From: a virus | Taxonomy: Duplodnaviria; Caudoviricetes | DNA: 64,000 nt | IMG/VR virus record: IMGVR_UViG_3300028800_000097 | Location: 733 to 64,732 of that record | Direction: 5' to 3' (one strand) | Shown: positions 57,647 through 64,000 of the stretch, piece after piece | How positions within the stretch are numbered: position 1 is the stretch's first letter | How the letters are laid out: each line of letters begins with the position of its first letter | Position numbers and translations under genes: made by a program | The notes under the pieces: model-generated | Database searches by the model: none | Told to the model about the DNA's origin: nothing | Seen by the model: only the letters and a program-made list of their open reading frames with translations

Positions 57647-59140
57647 ATGCCGCGTGACGAGGCACCGCCGTTCGGCATAGGCGCTCCGTTGCCGCCAGCG
57701 AATCTGGACGCGGAGATGGGTCTGTTAGGCGGCCTCCTGGCTCGCAACGATGAGTTGCACCGCATTGGCGCTGTGCTGGACGCCGAAGCGTTCTACGACC
57801 CCGCCAACGGTAAGCTGTTCACGCTGATAGCTGAAGAGATTCGTGCTGGTCGGCGCTGCGACGCGGTGACGCTGAAGGTGCGGCTACAGAACAGCGGGAT
57901 GCTGGATGAGGTCGGCGGCACGGCCTACCTGTCGAAGCTTCTCGCCTCGATGGTGGCCCCTGGTCTGACGCCAGAATACGCGAGCGCGGTCCGCGACGCA
58001 TGGCTGCGTCGGCGGCTGGCGGAAGCGGCGGCCGACCTGCACCATTTGGCTCATGGCGCCGATCCTGAGAAGGACGGCGAGGCAGTTCTGAGTGAAACGC
58101 TGGCGTCGTTGAGCGGCTTGGCGGCGGCGTCGGGATCAGCGCTGCATGGCGTTATGTCGATCGGAGACGCCGCCAGACGCGCGATCGAGGGCTACGAGGC
58201 GGTCCACCGGGGCGATCCTTCACCGGCCCTGCTGTCTGGATTCGCTCCGGTCGACAACGCGCTTGGCGGCTTCATGCCGGGTCATCTCGTGATCCTCGGC
58301 GGTCGCTCGCGTATGGGGAAAACGGCCTTGGCACAGCAGCTATCCGAGGGCGTGGCGGGGCGCCTCGCCGCCTCTGGCGGGTATGTGCTGATGTTCTCGC
58401 AGGAGATGCCATCGGTGGAGCTTGGCGGGCGCGCTGTGGCCGCTGCTACGGGGTTCGATGCCAACACGCTTGGCCGCGGCGAGTTCGGGCTGCACACGGC
58501 GGAAGGACTGATCGCGGCACAGAAGCACCTTGACGGGGTCCCCCTGCTGATTTGCGACACGAGCGGCTTGACCGCCGACGAACTGGTCCTAACCACGCAA
58601 TCGCTGAAGGCGCGCTATCCGATCCGGCTGGTGGTCATCGACCACTTGCAGAAGATGCGGCTGGGGAAGAACGCTGACCGCCTCGGGACGGCCTACGCGA
58701 TCGGGCAGACCACCTCGGCGCTGAAAGACGCGGCGAAGCGGCTGAACGTCGCTGTGCTGCTCCTGGCCCAACTTGGGCGCGAGGTGGATCGGCGACCTGA
58801 TCCACGGCCGATGCTGTCCGACCTGGCCTATGCTGGCGAGGCGGACGCGGACACGGTGGCGTTGCTGTGGCGTCCGGAGCTTTACCATCCGGCATCGGCG
58901 CCGGAGCACAGCGGGAAAGAAACCGAGGAATCTTGGTCTAAGAGGGTCGATGCGTGGAACCGGCGGCGTGATGAGATACGCGGGAAAGCGGAAGTCGTGA
59001 TCGCTAAGAGAAGAGGCGGATCGGAAAGCACGGTGACCTTGGCATTCTCGGGCGCCACGAGTTCCTTTTCGGTTCCAGGCATCCAATACGGCAATCAGCC
59101 CGACGATCGCGGGCAGTGGTGGGAGGACGCAGCACAGTGA
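57647..59140 (+). CDS. dnaB: replicative DNA helicase (DnaB family)
   Basis: PPANLDAEMGLLGGLL N-domain, GGRSRMGKT, FSQEM, IDHLQ, LAQLGR. Confidence 0.92.
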   Translation: MPRDEAPPFGIGAPLPPANLDAEMGLLGGLLARNDELHRIGAVLDAEAFYDPANGKLFTLIAEEIRAGRRCDAVTLKVRLQNSGMLDEVGGTAYLSKLLASMVAPGLTPEYASAVRDAWLRRRLAEAAADLHHLAHGADPEKDGEAVLSETLASLSGLAAASGSALHGVMSIGDAARRAIEGYEAVHRGDPSPALLSGFAPVDNALGGFMPGHLVILGGRSRMGKTALAQQLSEGVAGRLAASGGYVLMFSQEMPSVELGGRAVAAATGFDANTLGRGEFGLHTAEGLIAAQKHLDGVPLLICDTSGLTADELVLTTQSLKARYPIRLVVIDHLQKMRLGKNADRLGTAYAIGQTTSALKDAAKRLNVAVLLLAQLGREVDRRPDPRPMLSDLAYAGEADADTVALLWRPELYHPASAPEHSGKETEESWSKRVDAWNRRRDEIRGKAEVVIAKRRGGSESTVTLAFSGATSSFSVPGIQYGNQPDDRGQWWEDAAQ

Positions 59141-59643
59141 ACCAGCCCGACTTACTGAAAGGCATTGCTGACCCGCACCAGAGCAGGCTGCATCCCGAGG
59201 ATGCAAAGTTCGCAATTGGCAACGGCAGCGATGGCAAGCACTACTGGATCACCCCGCCGGAATTGTTTGCCGAGTTGCACGCAGAGTTCTCATTCACTTT
59301 CGACCCTTGTCCGTGGCCGGTTCCACATGGTTTTGATGGCCTGACGTGCGAATGGGGTGAATCGAACTACGTTAACCCGCCATTTGGCTCGATCATGCAT
59401 CAGGGAAAGAAGAAAGGTCCGACAGCTTGGGTACGCAAAGCGATTGCTGAGCAGCAGGCCGGCAAGCGTGTCGTGCTGGTCTATCCGGTGGACAAGTGGG
59501 TGCTCATGCTTCTGAAGGCCGGCGCCCGGGTTCGCAACCTTGGCGACGTGCGCTGGCTGGCGACTGAAGATGGAACGGCCGGCAAAGGGACGGGGCGGCA
59601 TATCGCATGCTTCGTGTTGGAACCCGAGGACGCAGCACAGTGA
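59137..59643 (+). CDS. second phage Dam-type adenine methyltransferase
   Basis: YWITPP, FTFDPCP, YVNPPFG. Confidence 0.85.
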   Translation: MNQPDLLKGIADPHQSRLHPEDAKFAIGNGSDGKHYWITPPELFAELHAEFSFTFDPCPWPVPHGFDGLTCEWGESNYVNPPFGSIMHQGKKKGPTAWVRKAIAEQQAGKRVVLVYPVDKWVLMLLKAGARVRNLGDVRWLATEDGTAGKGTGRHIACFVLEPEDAAQ

Positions 59644-61340
59644 CGACCAGGATACTCCAGGGCGACTGCCGCGACGTTCTGGCCACGCTGCCGGATGCGT
59701 CTGTGCAGTGTTGCGTTACATCGCCCCCGTACTACGGATTACGAGATTACGGCGTTGTAGGTCAGATCGGGCTTGAACAGTCGCCCGCCGAATACGTGGC
59801 GCAGATGGTAGAAGTGTTCCGCGAGGTGCGTCGCGTGCTGCGCGATGATGGGACGGTTTGGCTCAACCTGGGGTCAAGCTACGCGAGGGACGAAAAGAAA
59901 GGCCAACATAAGCCGGGCGACAGCGGGAAGCAGAACTACATTATTGAGCGCGGGGGCGGCCGTGCTGCGGGAGGTATGAAGCTGAGCGACGCTTCCGATG
60001 GAAAGAATCCCATCCCGTCTCGGCAGTCGAAGCGTGCTCCTGCATGTGGCAACGGTGGCACAATACCTCCAGGTTCGCCCGCTGCTGATTGTGTTTGTTT
60101 CGGTCTATGTGATGAATCCCAAGACGGCTTTCGCTGCCATCGTGCTGGCATCGCTGACACTGACCAACTTCCTGCACCAGCTTTTTTGCAGCACGAGCCG
60201 ATAGACCATGATACCGGGCTTCAGGGTTTCGCTGGAGCATTTCCCTCCGCTTGTCCTCCCTTCGCTCAGGCGTCCACCAATCCTTCATCGTCCGCGAATG
60301 GTCGGGCCTCTGCCGTCCCACCAGCCACGGTTTCGGCTTCGCCGATAGTGCCTCCGACAGCTTTTTTCGAGTCTCATCGCTCCGCACATATGTCGGCTTG
60401 CACTGACGACAAAGCTCTGCATGGCGTGACTTCGGACGCCAGCACTGCGGACATGGCACCTTCTTCCACGGCATGTAACTGCGGCTCCTGCGGGGTGTGT
60501 TGGGCTTATTCAGCTATACCGTCCCTTCGGTTCAAAGCCAAGGATTTGGTGCAGATTCCGCAATTGGTTGCGTTTGCCATGCAGGCTGACGGCTGGTGGT
60601 TACGGCAGGACAACATCTGGGCCAAGCGCAATTGCATGCCTGAGTCCGTGAAAGATCGGACGACGCGTGCCCATGAGTACGTTTTCATGCTGACAAAAGC
60701 CGAACGCTACTTCTACGACGCGGTGGCGATCGAGGAAGATGGCGAGATCGCGGCCGGCACCCGTGCGGCGAAGGGCAGTGTCGAACGCGCTGAACATGCC
60801 AACGGGCGCCCTCCCGAATATGCCGTCTACACGGGCAAACGCAACAAGCGCTCGGTCTGGTGGATGGCGACGCAGCCGTTTCGTGACGCCCATTTTGCAG
60901 TTTTCCCCCCCGAACTCCCAGAAATCTGCATCAAGGCCGGGACTAGTGAGCGTGGCTGCTGCGCGGCGTGTGGAGCGTCTTGGGTGCGGCAGACCGAGAA
61001 ACGCGACACGGGGCGCGTCCAGAAGATGGCGGACGGCTGGGACACTGGCCCAGGTGGCCACGGCACCATCCACCGCGCTGGCCGTGAGAAAGGCGCCGCT
61101 GGCGTTCCGGTGACGGCAGACGTCACGGTGGGTTGGCTTCCCTCCTGCGGCTGCGATGCTGGCGAGCCGGTCCCTTCCACAGTGCTCGATCCCTTCGCTG
61201 GCGCCTTCACCACCGCGCTCGTTGCCGATCGCCTGGGGCGCGACTGCATCGGGATCGAATTGAACGAAACTTACTGCGAAATGGCGCGGCGCCGGATCGA
61301 GAAAGACGCGGGCATGTTCGCCCAGGTAGCAGCGCAGTGA
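59640..61340 (+). CDS. N4-C/N6-A DNA methyltransferase (beta class) with a large in-frame insert
   Basis: VTSPPYYGLRDY, MPESVKDR, HFAVFP, VLDPFAG, IGIELN. Confidence 0.9.
   Translation: MTTRILQGDCRDVLATLPDASVQCCVTSPPYYGLRDYGVVGQIGLEQSPAEYVAQMVEVFREVRRVLRDDGTVWLNLGSSYARDEKKGQHKPGDSGKQNYIIERGGGRAAGGMKLSDASDGKNPIPSRQSKRAPACGNGGTIPPGSPAADCVCFGLCDESQDGFRCHRAGIADTDQLPAPAFLQHEPIDHDTGLQGFAGAFPSACPPFAQASTNPSSSANGRASAVPPATVSASPIVPPTAFFESHRSAHMSACTDDKALHGVTSDASTADMAPSSTACNCGSCGVCWAYSAIPSLRFKAKDLVQIPQLVAFAMQADGWWLRQDNIWAKRNCMPESVKDRTTRAHEYVFMLTKAERYFYDAVAIEEDGEIAAGTRAAKGSVERAEHANGRPPEYAVYTGKRNKRSVWWMATQPFRDAHFAVFPPELPEICIKAGTSERGCCAACGASWVRQTEKRDTGRVQKMADGWDTGPGGHGTIHRAGREKGAAGVPVTADVTVGWLPSCGCDAGEPVPSTVLDPFAGAFTTALVADRLGRDCIGIELNETYCEMARRRIEKDAGMFAQVAAQ
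59941..60474 (-). CDS. HNH endonuclease with NUMOD3-like motif, nested antisense in the methyltransferase
   Basis: RSDETRKKLS, CQRC...IHHIDRNKHN...NLEVLCHRCHMQEH; AGGAG SD at 60485-89. Confidence 0.85.
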   Translation of the reverse strand: MPWKKVPCPQCWRPKSRHAELCRQCKPTYVRSDETRKKLSEALSAKPKPWLVGRQRPDHSRTMKDWWTPERREDKRREMLQRNPEARYHGLSARAAKKLVQEVGQCQRCQHDGSESRLGIHHIDRNKHNQQRANLEVLCHRCHMQEHASTAETGWDSFHRKRRSASYLPQHGRPRAQ

Positions 61341-61963
61341 AACGCTTTACTCACGATCCGAGTGTGTTCGACGTGACCTCGATGGACGCGGCGCGGCAGA
61401 TCATCCTGACGCCGGAGGACTCGACCACTGACGCGCGTTGGGAGACCGAGACGCCGTATCTCGTGGACCTGATCGAGACCCAAGTCGGCGTCGGGTCGCG
61501 ATCGGTGGTGCTCGATTACGGTTGCGGCATCGGGCGTATGGCCAAGGCGCTGATCAACCGGTTCGGGTGCACCGTGATCGGCATTGAGCCGAGTTCGAGC
61601 ATGGCGACGCTGGCCACGCGGTACGTCGGCATGGAGAAGTTCTCCGTCGCGCAGGTCTACGAGACGCGTGAACCTTACGCCGACCTCGCCATATCGATCT
61701 GGGCGCTTCAGCACATGCCGAACGTCACCGGCGACGTGGTTCGCATTGTGCGGGCGCTGAAGCCGGGCGGGCACCTGTTCATCGCCAATCTGCATCACCG
61801 CGCCATACCGACGGTGGAGAGCGGCTGGGTGGATGATGGCATTGACGTGTTCGGTCTGTTGGCCTCGACGCTGGCCTTCGTGGCCGGCGGCCCGCTTGAT
61901 CCGGCGCGCACAACGGAGCGCGTCGCGGCTGTGTCGGCCTGGGCGGTATATCGTCGTGACTGA
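61337..61963 (+). CDS. class I SAM-dependent methyltransferase
   Basis: VLDYGCGIGR, IGIEPS, ALQH, LKPGG. Confidence 0.88.
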   Translation: MKRFTHDPSVFDVTSMDAARQIILTPEDSTTDARWETETPYLVDLIETQVGVGSRSVVLDYGCGIGRMAKALINRFGCTVIGIEPSSSMATLATRYVGMEKFSVAQVYETREPYADLAISIWALQHMPNVTGDVVRIVRALKPGGHLFIANLHHRAIPTVESGWVDDGIDVFGLLASTLAFVAGGPLDPARTTERVAAVSAWAVYRRD

Positions 61964-62000
61964 GACGTTTTTGGATTGCCTGCCGCTGATCTGCGGTTCT

Positions 62001-62096
62001 TAAATGCGAACGGCCCCGGAGGATTCCGAGGCCGCTGCATACCGGGGTGGCTGGCGAAAGCCCCCGATGAACCGTGTTACCGGGTTCATCTGGTAT
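62001..62096 (-). ncRNA. candidate antisense small RNA upstream of the replication gene
   Basis: hairpins 62066-73/62083-90 and 62011-20/62025-34; minus-strand TTGACG at 62114-19. Confidence 0.45.
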
Positions 62097-62130
62097 TCCG
62101 TCGCCTCCCCGTTCGTCAAGCGTAAGTCTG

Positions 62131-62655
62131 ATGAAAGGGAAAACTGTGCCGAAAAGCACGCAACTTTGCCTGTCTGGGGGCGAAAACCAGCCTCCGGACC
62201 ACGATTCAGCCCGCCAATACGCCCAAAGCACGCTGTCCGGGGCGCTGTTCTCGCCCGAGGAGCGCAATCTGGCGGCTGCATACCTCGCCGTTACCTCAAA
62301 AGCGGTCGCCATACCCGAGGTGACGCGCGAGGAGTTCCATGCTTGGTATCGGGAATACCCCCGCAAGAAGGCGCCTGACGCGGCGTTCAAGGCGTATCGC
62401 TCCGCCCGCAAGGCGGCATCGGCCGGTCAACTCCTGACCGCGCTCCGCGGCTACCGCTGGTCGAGTGACGATCCGAAGTTCCTGCCTTACCCCGCGACCT
62501 GGCTGAATGCCGGCGCTTGGCGGGAGAACCGCGAGGACGAACCCGTGAAGAAGTCGCAGGCGGACATCTGGTCGCAGGCGGCACGCGATGTGCTCGACCC
62601 GATGCCGGACGTGTGGGGCGGCTCAACGATCGATGGGGAGGTGTCCCATGTCTAA
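62131..62655 (+). CDS. phage replication initiator-like protein (C-terminal domain type)
   Basis: EEFHAWYREYPRKK...A.KAY...FLPYPATWLN..W; start 62131 or GTG 62146. Confidence 0.7.
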   Translation: MKGKTVPKSTQLCLSGGENQPPDHDSARQYAQSTLSGALFSPEERNLAAAYLAVTSKAVAIPEVTREEFHAWYREYPRKKAPDAAFKAYRSARKAASAGQLLTALRGYRWSSDDPKFLPYPATWLNAGAWRENREDEPVKKSQADIWSQAARDVLDPMPDVWGGSTIDGEVSHV

Positions 62656-63157
62656 CGAGATCACGCCGCATCGCAAGCCGATGCTTCCGGTCACGGTCAA
62701 CCCTGATGTCGGTGACTCGTCGGGCCTGTGGTGGGCCATAGAACGCAGCGAGCGCCCGCACGCCGACATCGGGCGTCCAAAGGAGTTCCACCCGATCGTG
62801 CAGGAGGAGGCCAGGGAGAAGATGGCCGATTTGGAGCCTCTATGCGTCGCGGCCGGGCCGGATCTGGTCACGCTATGGGCCACACCGCTGATGGCAGGGC
62901 TGTCGAAGGACACGTCGCCGGATGCCGCTGTGGCACGGATGCGGCTGGTCGTTCTGGCTCTGCAAGACTTGGCGGCCGGCGCGTTTACGGTGTCCGCTCA
63001 GGCTCATGTGGCCAAGACGGCGCACTTCACCCCGATGCCGGCCGATCTGTATGAGGCTCTGGCCAAGCAGTCGATCGAGCTACGCCAGCGGCAGGCGACG
63101 TTGCGCTACATCGTGGAGTGCCCGAGCGACCGGCCGGTGCGGGGGATCGCGTCATGA
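62648..63157 (+). CDS. replication-module hypothetical protein
   Basis: follows the rep gene; HFTPMPADL motif. Confidence 0.6.
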   Translation: MSNEITPHRKPMLPVTVNPDVGDSSGLWWAIERSERPHADIGRPKEFHPIVQEEAREKMADLEPLCVAAGPDLVTLWATPLMAGLSKDTSPDAAVARMRLVVLALQDLAAGAFTVSAQAHVAKTAHFTPMPADLYEALAKQSIELRQRQATLRYIVECPSDRPVRGIAS

Positions 63158-63432
63158 GCCGGCGCGACCCGAAACATCTGGCGTGGGTTCGCCTGCAACC
63201 GTGCTGCGTGCCTGGGTGCTCGCGGCCGCAAGTGGAGGCGCACCACGTCAGGACCGCAGCCAACAGCGGCACTGGCCTGAAACCGCCGGATACCGCCACC
63301 GTTCCGCTGTGCGCCGTTCATCACCTCCAAGGCCATTCGATAGGCTGGCGGACGTTTCAGGACAGCCACGGCGTGGACCTGATGGCGATAGCCCGAGAGT
63401 GTGCCGCTCAGAGCGGGTGGGAAATGCCATGA
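63154..63432 (+). CDS. DUF968 / putative HNH-like nuclease
   Basis: HLAWVRLQPCCV..EAHH..GTGLKP.D..TVPLCAVHH. Confidence 0.8.
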   Translation: MSRRDPKHLAWVRLQPCCVPGCSRPQVEAHHVRTAANSGTGLKPPDTATVPLCAVHHLQGHSIGWRTFQDSHGVDLMAIARECAAQSGWEMP

Positions 63433-63734
63433 GCACCTCACTGGACCGGGCGCACACCAGCGCCGAATACCAGCGGTTGCGGGCGCAGATCCAGCACGCG
63501 AAGCACGTCAAGGCCGCACCTCCAGATGTGCCCTATCTGCCGAACTGGACGCCGATCGCCAAACTGACGCGACTCGCTCCGCCGAATCGGTGGGAGCCGA
63601 TCACGGGCGCACCGCTGATGTTGCAGGACGCCACTCGGATGCGCGACCGAGGCCTGCTGCTGATGAGCAACCGACGCGAGGGCGAATCCACCCTGATCGT
63701 CGTGAAAACCCCAACACATCCGAGGCGGCCATGA
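63429..63734 (+). CDS. hypothetical protein
   Basis: ATGA coupling. Confidence 0.5.
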   Translation: MSTSLDRAHTSAEYQRLRAQIQHAKHVKAAPPDVPYLPNWTPIAKLTRLAPPNRWEPITGAPLMLQDATRMRDRGLLLMSNRREGESTLIVVKTPTHPRRP

Positions 63735-63973
63735 GCGCGTGGCGGTTCCGGGATGAGTGGCTCAAGCTACGGGCTAACGGCGTCACTATGCGGAAGATTG
63801 CCACGTGCTATCGGGTTTCTCCACAGCGCGTCCACCAAATTACCGGCAATATGGGGCCGGTTCGCAAGGTTGTGTCTGAGCCGGGCAAGAGACCGCCCTG
63901 GACCTTTCCCGGGCCAGAGCTGATCCGACTCGCCCACGAAGCCCGAGACGAGATCAGGGCGAACTGGCGCTAG
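63731..63973 (+). CDS. HTH DNA-binding protein
   Basis: LRANGVTMRKIATCYRVSPQRVHQI. Confidence 0.7.
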   Translation: MSAWRFRDEWLKLRANGVTMRKIATCYRVSPQRVHQITGNMGPVRKVVSEPGKRPPWTFPGPELIRLAHEARDEIRANWR

Positions 63974-64000
63974 CCTGGGCCGAAGCCACCTTTTTGGCGG

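Noticed and set aside
59880-60540. Intein or group I intron as the explanation for the methyltransferase insert
   Set aside because: No C/S...HN-C/S/T intein ends or recognisable intron core; the endonuclease is on the opposite strand
1-64000. Genome-wide stop-codon reassignment
   Set aside because: Core genes are full length in the standard code and TAG, TGA and TAA all serve as coupled stops

Overview
The window looks like most or all of a GC-rich tailed-phage genome (Caudoviricetes, podovirus-like: no tape measure or tail tube seen; adaptor, nozzle and ejection-protein layout). The host is probably a proteobacterium, likely alpha; this is an inference. Layout: leftward early cassette with membrane proteins, lipoproteins and a PEP-CTERM-like protein (0.4-3.6 kb); a putative terminus/control region (3.6-5.2 kb); rightward accessory genes including a TPR-glycosyltransferase, KTSC and an Acb2/Tad1-like protein (5.2-11.9 kb); TerL, portal, scaffold, capsid, four paralogous head-tail adaptor genes, nozzle and ejection proteins (11.9-33.3 kb); a fibre/spike cluster (33.8-45.9 kb); small membrane and holin-like genes (46-48.6 kb); a leftward recombination operon; then Cro, HNH, RuvC-like, DnaB, three DNA methyltransferases and replication genes (52.6-64 kb). 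No integrase, CI, DNA polymerase, small terminase or endolysin was recognised. The most unusual feature is a run of eight consecutive fibre/spike/glycan-binding genes that all encode N-terminal export signals (seven Sec-like, one Tat-like) and locally paired cysteines, suggesting virion appendages that mature outside the cytoplasm. Other highlights are a candidate double-pseudoknot RNA at 7.1-7.3 kb and an HNH gene nested antisense inside an open methyltransferase frame. All family assignments come from motif recognition by eye; no database searches were run.
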